A stretch of 64,000 nucleotides of DNA from Fibrobacter succinogenes (GTDB lineage: Bacteria; Fibrobacterota; Fibrobacteria; Fibrobacterales; Fibrobacteraceae): NCBI GenBank assembly GCA_902779055.1, contig CACZAD010000009.1, positions 12,130 to 76,129 of the forward strand, read 5' to 3'. The notes below the pieces were generated by a model that did no database searches, was not told the DNA's origin, and was given only the letters and a program-made list of their open reading frames with translations. Below are positions 16,319 to 26,098 of this stretch, in pieces. The translations under genes and the position numbers were made by a program. The first letter of the stretch is position 1; every line of letters begins with the position of its first letter.

Positions 16319-18631
16319 TTAGTGGATAATCAGGAGCTTGCCCTTTCGAACCTTGGAGCCGCTACGGACAACATACTGGTACACGCCCGGAGCCACGAGG
16401 CTTCCGTCGTCCAGTCGGCCGTCCCATTCGGTCTTTCCGCCAGCAACACGGTCACCACGCAAAGACATGACAAGCTTGCCACCCCTATTGTAGATGTTGA
16501 TCACGGCTTCCGCCGAGATGTTGTCAAAGAACACGTACGGGTGACGGCTCGGACGGAACGGGTTCGGATAGACCTTGAATTCTGCACGGGCGTCGTCAGT
16601 CATATTGCCCTCGGTACCGCGCAGGTCGTTCCTGTAGTAGCCCGAGACACCGTTTTCATGAGCAAACCAGACAAGTCCCGCCGTCGAATCGACAGCAACA
16701 TCCTGGATCCTATCGCTCAGGAGGCCCTGGCGGGTCGTGATGTGCAGTACAGACAATGTATCCGGCGAAGTTTCACGCGGAGTCAAGCGGTAGGCGCCCT
16801 GCGAGGCAGTCCCCACCCAAAGGTTTCCACGGCGGTCGGCATCGATGCTCGAGAAGCTAGCAGACGTAAGGCCGTTGGTCGAAAGCGGACTTCTCAGAGA
16901 ATCCTGTTCCTTGTTCCAGTAGGCCAGCGAAGATTCCGTCACCAACCAGATGTATTCGGACTTCGGTTCATAAACCATGTCCAGCGGAGTCGAAGAGATT
17001 CCGTAATAATGCTTGACGGAGTTCTTGGTAATCTTGCTAGAAAGTTCGCCACCCGTCGATTTCGGAGGCGGGAAGCTCACCACATCCAAACCGCCTTCCG
17101 CAGTAAGCGTAGGGCCATCGCGGGTTCCGATATAAACGACCCAATCGCCAGAATTTTCATCAATGCTGGCAAGCATCGGCCCTCCAATGGGGGCATATCC
17201 TATCGAATCCGCACAAGAGACATTGCCATCGAGGTCCACATACACCAGGCTGTATCCGCCCTTGTTCGAAGCCGAAGTAGTCAAAAAGCCATTTCCATCG
17301 GGAGCAGGCGTCGTCGAAATCGTAATCACATAGGGCTGGCTATCGAGGTAGCTGCTCATACAATGCCCATCGTTTGCCAAAAGCTTGTAGTCCAGACTTT
17401 CGCCCCAATCCGTGTACAGCATGTACCCAAAGCCCCAAACGTGGTAGAACACATTTTTCTTGGAGTTCACGGACAGGACTTTCATATTATGCGCACGGGC
17501 ATCGCTATTGTTTCCCAAGCCGTACAACGCAGGAACCGGATCGCTCCAGCTGCGACCATCAAACCGCGAAAAATATCCGTTCTCGGATGCGGCTATCACA
17601 CCGCCAGTCGGGAGGGCACGGAGTTCATAGACGCTACGGATCGGGAACGTGGCATACCCCGTCAAGTTGGAGAACTTTTTCCCGTCATAATAAAGGATAT
17701 CGTTGGAGCCGGCCAGAATCGCCCTTTTCGAGGAGAGAAGCCTCACCCACTGGAACCGGGTGCGGTAATAATAACGTTCGACGACAAGCGAATCACCCAC
17801 CTTGCGGGTAACGGAATCCCGTTCGTAAAGAGCGGAATCCTTGAAAGCCTTTCCGCGGATCTTTACCAACGGAGCGCTGGACGACATGACAGAGAACGTA
17901 TCAAGGGAAACAGACGTTTCACCGTCATCATCCCAGATTCGTGTACCTTCCGTCGAGAACGTCTTGATCTTATCGTCCTTCCAGGCAATGGATTTAATGC
18001 CATTCTCGTTGTAGCCATCTTTGAAAACAGACCAGGATTCCGGATCATTCAAACGCACATCGGATTCCAGATTGTCCCAATCCATCTTTCGTACATAGAG
18101 GTTCTTTCCAAGAGCGACAAAAAGAGAATCGCCCTGAATCTCCATAGCACCGATCCCGGAAGCGAGACTTTTGTCACGGATCTTTTCGATCGTCAGAATG
18201 GACGTCTTGTTTTCCAGGCTAAAAAACGCGATGCGGTCTTCAAACGCAAGAACCATAGTCGTGCCAGCGACACGCGCCATACCAGGCTTCAAATGAAGGC
18301 TGCTACCGGCATAGGAGCGGCTAACCTGTTCCCAAGGCTTACCGGGTTCAATCTTGGAGATGACGCCATTTTCGCATACGGCATAAACATCGGAACCATA
18401 AGGCACCACGGCACTGACGGACTGGTCGCCAAGGCCAGTCGATGTCGTGTACATGTCATCGGCATCATTCGCCCTGTAACGGACCCCGCCATCGGTCGCC
18501 ATCAAAAAGCCTTCGCCAAAGTTAATGGCCTGGTTGATCGGGAAAGGATTCGAATAGTTCAGCCATTCATCCGCAGCGAATGCGGTTGAAACTACAGCCA
18601 GGATACAGATAAGATTTTGCAATGATTTCAC
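16319..18631 (-). CDS. PorZ-like beta-propeller protein with type IX secretion C-terminal domain
   Basis: Signal peptide; propeller repeats (SIDADRRGNLWVGT, QDVAVDSTAGLVWFAHENGVS); CTD KVYPNPF...WDGRLDDGSLVAPGVY...KGKLLIIH. Confidence 0.78.
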   Translation of the reverse strand: MKSLQNLICILAVVSTAFAADEWLNYSNPFPINQAINFGEGFLMATDGGVRYRANDADDMYTTSTGLGDQSVSAVVPYGSDVYAVCENGVISKIEPGKPWEQVSRSYAGSSLHLKPGMARVAGTTMVLAFEDRIAFFSLENKTSILTIEKIRDKSLASGIGAMEIQGDSLFVALGKNLYVRKMDWDNLESDVRLNDPESWSVFKDGYNENGIKSIAWKDDKIKTFSTEGTRIWDDDGETSVSLDTFSVMSSSAPLVKIRGKAFKDSALYERDSVTRKVGDSLVVERYYYRTRFQWVRLLSSKRAILAGSNDILYYDGKKFSNLTGYATFPIRSVYELRALPTGGVIAASENGYFSRFDGRSWSDPVPALYGLGNNSDARAHNMKVLSVNSKKNVFYHVWGFGYMLYTDWGESLDYKLLANDGHCMSSYLDSQPYVITISTTPAPDGNGFLTTSASNKGGYSLVYVDLDGNVSCADSIGYAPIGGPMLASIDENSGDWVVYIGTRDGPTLTAEGGLDVVSFPPPKSTGGELSSKITKNSVKHYYGISSTPLDMVYEPKSEYIWLVTESSLAYWNKEQDSLRSPLSTNGLTSASFSSIDADRRGNLWVGTASQGAYRLTPRETSPDTLSVLHITTRQGLLSDRIQDVAVDSTAGLVWFAHENGVSGYYRNDLRGTEGNMTDDARAEFKVYPNPFRPSRHPYVFFDNISAEAVINIYNRGGKLVMSLRGDRVAGGKTEWDGRLDDGSLVAPGVYQYVVRSGSKVRKGKLLIIH

Positions 18632-18662
18632 ATTCTAAAATTACGAACTTACAGATTTTTTT

Positions 18663-19277
18663 TCAACCTGCGAGCTCAATTATTTCACGTAATGTGGCCT
18701 CCCGTCCTGTGATCAGTTTGATTTGTTCCTTCTGGACCATCATTTTCTCTCGCATTTTTTGATAGGCTTCCATACGCCGGGTCACAATGCTGCACTTGGA
18801 CAATCCAATCAAACGGCTCAAGTCGCGAACGTGCAGCCCTCCGACAACCGAGAGTTCCACAATCATCCTGTCAAGTGGCGTCAGCTCCTGCAATAAAAAC
18901 GAGAACTCGTTCATGACAGCCTCCATACAAATATGTTCATCAGGAACCACGTAGGTGTTCTCGTCATCGCCATCATAACTCGCCATCGGTTCGCATAGGT
19001 AAGAGAGCGGAATTTCCACGCACCGTTTCTTTTTACGGTAGTCACTGCAATGGCAATTCAAAAGTACCGTCCGGAGCCACGGCAAAATGTATCCGTGATT
19101 ATTCAGCGCATTCGCCTTTTGGCAAAAACGCAGCGCCACCTCCTGAAACAAGTCGTCCGCTTCGTCTTTCGTTCTACACTTTTGAAGGCACAATTTGTAT
19201 ATTCTGTAGGAATATTTTTTCCAGACAGATCCAACCCAATCAGGGGAACGGTCATAAAGGGAACCAGTACATGACAT
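18663..19277 (-). CDS. ECF-type RNA polymerase sigma-70 factor
   Basis: EADDLFQEVALR, PWLRTVLLN (region 2); region 4 HTH GLHVRDLSRLIGLS. Confidence 0.82.
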   Translation of the reverse strand: MSCTGSLYDRSPDWVGSVWKKYSYRIYKLCLQKCRTKDEADDLFQEVALRFCQKANALNNHGYILPWLRTVLLNCHCSDYRKKKRCVEIPLSYLCEPMASYDGDDENTYVVPDEHICMEAVMNEFSFLLQELTPLDRMIVELSVVGGLHVRDLSRLIGLSKCSIVTRRMEAYQKMREKMMVQKEQIKLITGREATLREIIELAG

Positions 19278-19326
19278 AAATATTTTATTTCGTATATTTT
19301 CTACTTCTTTTTATGAGACTTAATTT

Positions 19327-21207
19327 ATGAATATTTTGGACAAATTTAAAGTTTTTGAAAATTTTGCAAACAACCGCTTGCAAAAAGCTTCATTTTGCAT
19401 ATTATTGTTTGCAGCCGCGGCAGTTTATTCACAAGAATTCAACATGAACAATATGCCGCCACCCGACGCAAGCCTGCGTTATTCTGCAGGTGCGCTTGAC
19501 AAAGGCTCCAGCGTCACGGTGGACATCACCATTCCAGACAACTGGCACGTCAACGCCAATGTCGCGGCAGATGAATTTTTGAAGCCGTCCTCGATTGAAA
19601 TTTCGGCAAACGGCATCCACTTCGGAGAACCCAAGTGGCCCGCCCCCATCAAGGAATACAGCGAAGCGCTCGACCTCGAGAATCTCGTGTTCAAGGGACA
19701 TTTCCAGATCACGCTCCCCATCGAAAGCGTCGAAGCGGATTACGACAGTCTCACGACACAGGCGACATTCCACTACCAGGCCTGTGACAATTCCATCTGC
19801 CTCGCCCCTTCGCAAGTCACGTTCGGAGTTGGAGCCCTGGGATTCAACAAGAAAAGCGGTTCGCAATCGCTCCCGGCCGTAAAAAAAAATGACAACAGCG
19901 CCCAAGGCCCGGCTAAAACTACTGGCGAAAACTTTGACGAAGGGAGTTCCGCAGGCACTCTGATTTTGCTTTTGTCGGCACTGCTCGGCGGCATGATCCT
20001 GAACTTGATGCCATGCGTCTTGCCGGTACTTTCGTTAAAGCTTTTTAGCCTCATCAAGCAGGCGGGCGAAAGCCGCAAGCGCCTCCTCACTTTAGGCATC
20101 GCAACGACGGCCGGCATCCTCACAAGCTTCTGGGTTCTCGCAGGCATTGTCGCCATCATCAAGGCGGGCGGCGGAAACGCAGGCTGGGGCATGCAATTCC
20201 AGAGCGCCGGATTCATCGCATTCATGGTCGTCATATTGACCGCATTCGCCATGAGCTTCTTTGGCGTTTTTGAAGTCTGGATTCCCGGAAGCGCCACGAC
20301 GCGAATGGACTTTACAAGCCGCAAGCAAGGTTTTGCAGGCGCATTCTTTACAGGCGCCCTCCTTGTACTGTTGAGTACGCCCTGTTCGGCACCGTTCCTT
20401 GGAACCGCCATGGGATTTGCGTTCACGACGACTACGCCAGTGCTTTTCTTGTTCTTTACCGCAGCAGGCTTAGGACTTGCGCTCCCCTACCTCCTCGTAA
20501 GCGCATTCCCGAAAGTCTTGAAGGTATTCCCGAAACCGGGCGCATGGATGGTCAAGCTCCAAAAAGTCATGGGCGTTCTCTTGCTCTGCACGGTCGTATG
20601 GCTTTTGTGGATTGTCAACGAACAGGCAGGTAAATTTGGCGTTGCGCTGTTTGCCGCCATCGCGGTCGCAAGCGCCGTTTGCAGCATTCTGCTCGGCAAA
20701 ATCGCCCCTCCGGGAGTCGCATTCATCCGCGAAGTATCCGTAGCAGGCGCCTCCATCGTCCTTCTTTCTGCATTCTGGTTTGCATTTGCCTCCCCGCAAT
20801 ATGAAGCCAGAGTCAATGCCATTTTTGAAGCCAGGGCCGCCCAGAGCGTCACTAGCGACGGATGGTACCGCTACACGCCGGAACTGATCGAAAATTTTGC
20901 AAAATCAAAACGCACCGTCTTTATCGATGTGACTGCGGACTGGTGCCTCACCTGCAAGGCAAACGAAGCCGCGGTACTCAACAGAGAAGACTTTAGACGC
21001 ACCATGGAACAGCTGAACGTGGCTCTCGTCAAAGCCGACTGGACCCGCGAAACCGCAGACGTGAACACGCTGCTGCAAAGCATGGGCAAGTCTGGCGTGC
21101 CCGCCTACGCCATCTACCCCGCAGGCGACGAATCTAGGCAAATCGTACTGCCGGAACTCTTGACGACCGACGCAATCGTGAAGAAGATAGTAGACAGTAG
21201 ACAGTGA
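19327..21207 (+). CDS. dsbD: Thiol:disulfide interchange protein DsbD family
   Basis: QACDNSIC N-domain, LMPCVLP and TPCSAP TM cysteines, thioredoxin ADWCLTC; the start may lie further downstream. Confidence 0.9.
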   Translation: MNILDKFKVFENFANNRLQKASFCILLFAAAAVYSQEFNMNNMPPPDASLRYSAGALDKGSSVTVDITIPDNWHVNANVAADEFLKPSSIEISANGIHFGEPKWPAPIKEYSEALDLENLVFKGHFQITLPIESVEADYDSLTTQATFHYQACDNSICLAPSQVTFGVGALGFNKKSGSQSLPAVKKNDNSAQGPAKTTGENFDEGSSAGTLILLLSALLGGMILNLMPCVLPVLSLKLFSLIKQAGESRKRLLTLGIATTAGILTSFWVLAGIVAIIKAGGGNAGWGMQFQSAGFIAFMVVILTAFAMSFFGVFEVWIPGSATTRMDFTSRKQGFAGAFFTGALLVLLSTPCSAPFLGTAMGFAFTTTTPVLFLFFTAAGLGLALPYLLVSAFPKVLKVFPKPGAWMVKLQKVMGVLLLCTVVWLLWIVNEQAGKFGVALFAAIAVASAVCSILLGKIAPPGVAFIREVSVAGASIVLLSAFWFAFASPQYEARVNAIFEARAAQSVTSDGWYRYTPELIENFAKSKRTVFIDVTADWCLTCKANEAAVLNREDFRRTMEQLNVALVKADWTRETADVNTLLQSMGKSGVPAYAIYPAGDESRQIVLPELLTTDAIVKKIVDSRQ

Positions 21208-21218
21208 TTAGTGGTTAG
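21189..21218 (+). repeat. Heptamer tandem repeat overlapping the dsbD stop
   Basis: AGTAGAC AGTAGAC AGTGATT AGTGGTT. Confidence 0.75.
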
Positions 21219-21264
21219 GAATAGTCATCCTGGAGCGTAGCGACAGAATCCAAAGAAATATCAA

Positions 21265-21297
21265 CGAAAAAAGGTGGCTTGAGGCCACCTTTTTTCG
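21265..21297. terminator. Bidirectional terminator between dsbD and glgA
   Basis: CGAAAAAAGGTGGC-TTGAG-GCCACCTTTTTTCG. Confidence 0.88.
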
Positions 21298-21309
21298 CTT
21301 TACTAGAAG

Positions 21310-21356
21310 GCGATGCCGTCCCGGAACAGAGTCCGGGGTGACAAGCCGTCATGACA
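21310..21356 (-). repeat. Nested TGTCA palindromic repeat
   Basis: Minus strand TGTCATGACGGCT-TGTCACCCCGGACTCTGTTCCGGGA-CGGCATCGC. Confidence 0.7.
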
Positions 21357-21359
21357 GCA

Positions 21360-22592
21360 TTAGACTCTCTTGCCTTCGCGCTTGTAGCGTTCGATGCATT
21401 CCTGATAGAAGTCGAACGTCTGCTTGGCGATAGCCTTCCAGCTGAACACGTCAATGGCGCGCTTGCGGCTGACTTCGCCCATCTTCTTGGCGAGTTCCGG
21501 ATTTTCGAGAACCTTGTTAAGCTTGTTCGCAAAGTCCGTCTGGAAAGCCTTCGGATCGGCCGGTTCAAAGATTGTTTCGGACACCGGCTTGAGCGGCACG
21601 AGGAAGCCCGTTTCGCCATCGACGATGATTTCCGGGATGCCACCGACAGCAGAGCCCACAACCGGCGTTCCGCAGCTCATGGCTTCGAGATTGATGATGC
21701 CGAACGGTTCGTAAAGAGACGGTGTTGCAAACACGGTCGCATGGCTGTAGAGCACGCGAAGTTCCGTATGCGGCACGGCATCCTGAATCCAAACGACGCC
21801 ATCGCGCGTCTTCTGGACTTCTTCAATCAAGCGCTTGCATTCGTCAGCAAGTTCCTGCGTATCAGGCGCACCGGCACAGAGCACCACCTGGGCGTTCTTG
21901 TCGATTTGCGGGATAGCCTGAATGAGCTGGCTAATGCCCTTCTGGCGCGTGATACGGCCAACAAAAAGCACGAACGGACGCTTCGGATCTACGCCCCACT
22001 TCTTCAAGATTTCTTCGTCGAAGGTCGGCTTGTAAAAATCCGGATCGATACCATTGTAGATAACCTTCACGCGGTCAGCCGGCACGCCATAAAGCTTCAT
22101 CACATCGCGCTTCATGCCTTCGCTCACAGCAATCACGCCATCGGCGGCTTCGTAAGCGGTACGTTCAATCCAGCAGCTCATGTTGTAGCCACCGTCGCCA
22201 AGCTGTTCGGCCTTCCACGGACGGTGCGGTTCGAGCGAGTGCGTCGTAAGGATAAGCGGGCACTGCAAAAGGCGACTTGCAACAACGCCACCAAAATGGC
22301 TATACCAAGTATGGCAATGAATAACATCAATGTCCTTGAGCGAAGACATCCACTGCAAATTAATGTCGAGCGGCTTCAAAATCTTCTTGAAGCGTTCGTC
22401 AGCCGGATTGTGGTCGAGCTTCTGGCTAAAGCCAATCGCACGGATGTTGTCGGCATCTTCGTTCTGCGGGCCAAAGCAACGAGCTTCGATGTGGCAAAGC
22501 TTCGAAAGTTCTTGGCTGAGGAATTTGACGTGGATACCTGCACCGCCATAAATTTCTGGCGGAAATTCATTGGTAAGAATTGCTGCGTTCAT
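21360..22592 (-). CDS. glgA: GT4 glycogen synthase of the actinobacterial type (GlgM, maltose-1-phosphate synthase-like)
   Basis: TNEFPPEIYGGAGIHV, HCHTWY, HSLEPHRPWKAEQLG, GRITRQKG, YEPFGIINLEAM. Confidence 0.9.
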   Translation of the reverse strand: MNAAILTNEFPPEIYGGAGIHVKFLSQELSKLCHIEARCFGPQNEDADNIRAIGFSQKLDHNPADERFKKILKPLDINLQWMSSLKDIDVIHCHTWYSHFGGVVASRLLQCPLILTTHSLEPHRPWKAEQLGDGGYNMSCWIERTAYEAADGVIAVSEGMKRDVMKLYGVPADRVKVIYNGIDPDFYKPTFDEEILKKWGVDPKRPFVLFVGRITRQKGISQLIQAIPQIDKNAQVVLCAGAPDTQELADECKRLIEEVQKTRDGVVWIQDAVPHTELRVLYSHATVFATPSLYEPFGIINLEAMSCGTPVVGSAVGGIPEIIVDGETGFLVPLKPVSETIFEPADPKAFQTDFANKLNKVLENPELAKKMGEVSRKRAIDVFSWKAIAKQTFDFYQECIERYKREGKRV

Positions 22593-22697
22593 AATTCAAA
22601 AACCAGTGGTTAGTGTGTTTTCGTGAATAATTATAAAAAAAAACAAACACCTCGACCATACAGATCGAGGCGCTTGGTGTTTGGAGTGTTTAAGAGA

Positions 22698-23927
22698 TTA
22701 GAAGTTCTTGCACTGGCCCTTCCAATTGCCGCGTTCGCCAACAATCGGGCCATTGATGTACTTGCCACTAGAGCCAACGAAATCAGCCTTGCGGTTGTCT
22801 TCGCCACCGAGGTGCCAACGCATCCATGCAACCGTTGCAGCCATGCCGCCCCACGGACCAGAACCATGGCCCCAGCCGCATTCGCCCTGCTGGCATTCAT
22901 TGCCCTGACCGCCCGTCATCTTGATGAGGCATGCCGGAGCCTTGACGCCCTGGTTGTTATAGTCAGCTTCGGCGTTCGGGCGTTCCATGCCGCCTTCGCC
23001 ATAAACAATACCGATAGTCTTGCTTGTAGAAACCTGAGACATAGCCGTATGTCCGAGGTCACCACTGTTGTTGAGCATAGCGGTAATCACGCGATCGTCC
23101 TTGATGAGGGCTTGTTCAGATTCAAGACCGCCCATGGAGTGACCGGAGCAACCGACCTTCGTCATATCAAGCTTCTGGTACAGAGCATCGTTCGGATCCT
23201 TGTTCTTCTTTTCGAGCCAGTTGAGGGCCGGAATTGCCTGAGTAGCGTTACCCGGAGATTCACGGAGTGCTATCACGACAAAGCCGTGAGAAGCGAGACG
23301 ACGGATAATACCACCGTATGCACCCGGTTCCGTGCCGCCACCCGGACCCCACACGACAACAGCGTGCTTCTGGTCGTTAGAAAGCTGTTCCGGATAAGCA
23401 AGGATTCCACCGCCATCGTGACCGGTGCGTTCAATGTACTTGACCTTCAACTGGTCCTTCGTCTCGTCCGTGCCTTCGGCAAGGAAGATTCCGCCTTCGG
23501 CCTTAGCTTCGCTCGAAGAACTTGCCGGCTTCGCTTCTTCGCTGGAGCTGGATTCCGTTTTTGCCACTTCGCTCGAAGAGCTCACTGCCGGATTTTCACC
23601 GGCGCTAGAAGCCGGAGTCACATCAGCAGAAGATGCCGGTTCCGTTACCACAGAGCTGCTAGAAGCAGCCGTCGATTCATTCGGAACGGCATCCGTCGAA
23701 CTGGATGATGCAGCAACAGTTTCACCCTGCTGGCTAGATTCACTACCCGGAACAACTTCTTCAGCCGAGCTGAGCGGAGTTTCTTCACCAGAGCCCTGTT
23801 CAACAGCGCCACTGGAGCTAGACAAATAATTGCTGATAGAATCCGGCGAAACCGGGGATTCGTCACCGCAATTCAGGAAGGCCAGCGAGCTAGCCAACAC
23901 CATCGTAGTTAAGAGTTTAGATTTCAT
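22698..23927 (-). CDS. Lipoprotein with Ser-rich linker and PETase/cutinase-like alpha/beta hydrolase domain (copy A)
   Basis: Lipobox FLN-C; RRLASHGFVV; GHSMGG; GHG near the C-terminus. Confidence 0.85.
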   Translation of the reverse strand: MKSKLLTTMVLASSLAFLNCGDESPVSPDSISNYLSSSSGAVEQGSGEETPLSSAEEVVPGSESSQQGETVAASSSSTDAVPNESTAASSSSVVTEPASSADVTPASSAGENPAVSSSSEVAKTESSSSEEAKPASSSSEAKAEGGIFLAEGTDETKDQLKVKYIERTGHDGGGILAYPEQLSNDQKHAVVVWGPGGGTEPGAYGGIIRRLASHGFVVIALRESPGNATQAIPALNWLEKKNKDPNDALYQKLDMTKVGCSGHSMGGLESEQALIKDDRVITAMLNNSGDLGHTAMSQVSTSKTIGIVYGEGGMERPNAEADYNNQGVKAPACLIKMTGGQGNECQQGECGWGHGSGPWGGMAATVAWMRWHLGGEDNRKADFVGSSGKYINGPIVGERGNWKGQCKNF

Positions 23928-24137
23928 ATTGTTCTCCTATTTTACCATAACCTGTTTAGAAATTACCTAAAAAAAATCAGGATTTTTCACGTTTCAGACA
24001 AAGTCTCGTAGACAAAAAGTCCAAAAAGTTAATTTATCTTAAACATTAAATATTCATACAAGACCACCCGCAGACACAAGAAAAAAGCATCTCGACCTAT
24101 TTGATCGAGACGCTTAGTTGTTGGAGTGTGGATGTTT

Positions 24138-25433
24138 TTAGAAATTCTTACACTGGGTTTTCCACTTGCCCTGCTTACCGATGATGGAGCCATCGATGTA
24201 CTTGCCAGTAGAACCCACAAAGTCCGCCTTACGCTCGGTTTCGCCACCGAGGTGCCAACGCATCCAGGCAACCGTTGCAGCCATACCGTCCCAGGAACCG
24301 GAACCGTGACCGTAACCGCCTTCGCTATTTCTCGGACCACCCGTCATTTCGATAAGGCAAGCCGGAGCCTTCACGCCAGCGTTGTTGTAATCGTTCTTGG
24401 CATTGTCCTTTTCCATGCCGACTTCGCCAAAGAGGATAGCGATCGACCTGTCCGTCGCGACCTTGTTGGCGCCAGCACCATTCCAGTCACCACTGTTGTT
24501 GAGGAACGCCGTCAGCACGCGCTTATCCTTGATGACAGCCTGTTCAGATTCAAGACCGCCCATCGAGTGACCGGAGCAACCGACCGTATTCATGTCGAGC
24601 TTGCCATAAAGCGGGCTATTGGAATCCTTGTTCTGCTGATCCATCCAGTCAAGAGCCTTGATGGCCTGCGAAGCATCACCCGGAGATTCCTTGAGCGCAA
24701 TCACCACAAAACCGTGAGAAGCCAAGCGACGGATCATGCCTTCGTAAGCGCCCGGTTCAGTACCGCCACCCGGTCCCCAGACCACGACGCCATGCTTTTG
24801 AGTCGAAGAAAGTTGCTTCGGATACGAGAGGATTCCACCGCCATCCCAGCCGGTGCGGGTCTTGTATTCCACCTGCATCTGGTCCTTTTCTTCTTCCTTG
24901 CCACTAGCAAGGAAAATGCCCTTCGGGGCTTCGGCACTGGAGCTAGATTCCACTTTTTTTTCGCTGGAAGAAGATTCGACCTTCTTTTCGCTCGAAGAGC
25001 TGGCCGTCTTTTCGGCCACGCTGGAGCTGGATGCCGGATCTTGAATATTGGCACTGGAAGTTGCACTCTGAGCGTCGGCGCTAGAAGCTACTGCAGCATC
25101 GCTGCTCGAAGTCGGAAGCGGATTCGTTCCCGGGCCGCAAGCATCGGGCAGGCTTGAAGCCAAGCAGCTTTCGTCGCTGCTGGAAGCGATTGCCGAGCCA
25201 TTCTGAACAGCGTCCGTCGAACTGGACGAAACTTCGGCTGCAGAACCCTGCTGTTCCTGAGCAAATTCACCCACCGAGCTAGAAGAACCTTCATCACCCG
25301 GCTGAACAGCTTCGCCCGAGCTGGACGAAAGTGCGCCGTAATTAGCCAAAGCAGACGAGACCGTGTCTTCGCCGCAGTTCATGAAGACGAGCGCACTCGC
25401 CAACACCATAGATTTAACGATTTTAGATTTCAT
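24138..25433 (-). CDS. Lipoprotein with Ser-rich linker and PETase/cutinase-like alpha/beta hydrolase domain (copy B)
   Basis: Lipobox FMN-C; same motifs; clear paralog of 22698-23927. Confidence 0.85.
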   Translation of the reverse strand: MKSKIVKSMVLASALVFMNCGEDTVSSALANYGALSSSSGEAVQPGDEGSSSSVGEFAQEQQGSAAEVSSSSTDAVQNGSAIASSSDESCLASSLPDACGPGTNPLPTSSSDAAVASSADAQSATSSANIQDPASSSSVAEKTASSSSEKKVESSSSEKKVESSSSAEAPKGIFLASGKEEEKDQMQVEYKTRTGWDGGGILSYPKQLSSTQKHGVVVWGPGGGTEPGAYEGMIRRLASHGFVVIALKESPGDASQAIKALDWMDQQNKDSNSPLYGKLDMNTVGCSGHSMGGLESEQAVIKDKRVLTAFLNNSGDWNGAGANKVATDRSIAILFGEVGMEKDNAKNDYNNAGVKAPACLIEMTGGPRNSEGGYGHGSGSWDGMAATVAWMRWHLGGETERKADFVGSTGKYIDGSIIGKQGKWKTQCKNF

Positions 25434-25623
25434 TCTTTGTACTCCTCATTTTTCAAAACCCAACTTCGTCCCATCCATTAATAAGATACCCCCAAAAAAG
25501 GGTCCTGTATACAACTGTAAACTTCCTTTTATGGACAAAAAGTCCATAGGATCACTCCATGAAGAAAAAAGCCACCCTTAGAGAATTTATATTTACTGAA
25601 AACACCCCAAAACGAAATACATT

Positions 25624-26031
25624 ATGAAAAAAATTTTCTCTTTATTTTTCATCCTTGCGCTGTTCTTATGCGTACTCTCCGGTTGCGACGATTCCGTTTC
25701 GAGCAGCGAAGAAACCTATAGCCTTGAAACAGGTGCCATTTCAGAAGAAACGTTCAACACCGCAATGGACAGAATCCAAAATACGCTCATCCCCAATTAC
25801 AACGAAGTCAGTTCCGTAAGAGATTACCTCTACCAGAACACGCTTTCAAATTACCAGACTCAGGCAGGAGTATCCTGGGACGAAATAGAAAGCTTCATGA
25901 CGTCTAGAGGATTTACGAGCAAGCAAATCACAACAGAAAAGAACTTCCTGAAAAAGACCGGAAACGACATCCTGTTCTTTGAACACGCCTTAGAGAAAAA
26001 CAAAAGAATCTGGATGTACATCACAAAATAG
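25624..26031 (+). CDS. Hypothetical lipoprotein
   Basis: Lipobox LSG-C. Confidence 0.75.
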   Translation: MKKIFSLFFILALFLCVLSGCDDSVSSSEETYSLETGAISEETFNTAMDRIQNTLIPNYNEVSSVRDYLYQNTLSNYQTQAGVSWDEIESFMTSRGFTSKQITTEKNFLKKTGNDILFFEHALEKNKRIWMYITK

Positions 26032-26046
26032 AGACTTTCATAATGC

Positions 26047-26082
26047 AAAAAAAAATCCGGCGCCTGCCGGATTTTCTTTTTT
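26047..26082. terminator. Bidirectional terminator
   Basis: A9-TCCGGC-GCCT-GCCGGA-TTTTCTTTTTT between convergent genes. Confidence 0.82.
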
Positions 26083-26098
26083 ATATCAATCGCAAAAA

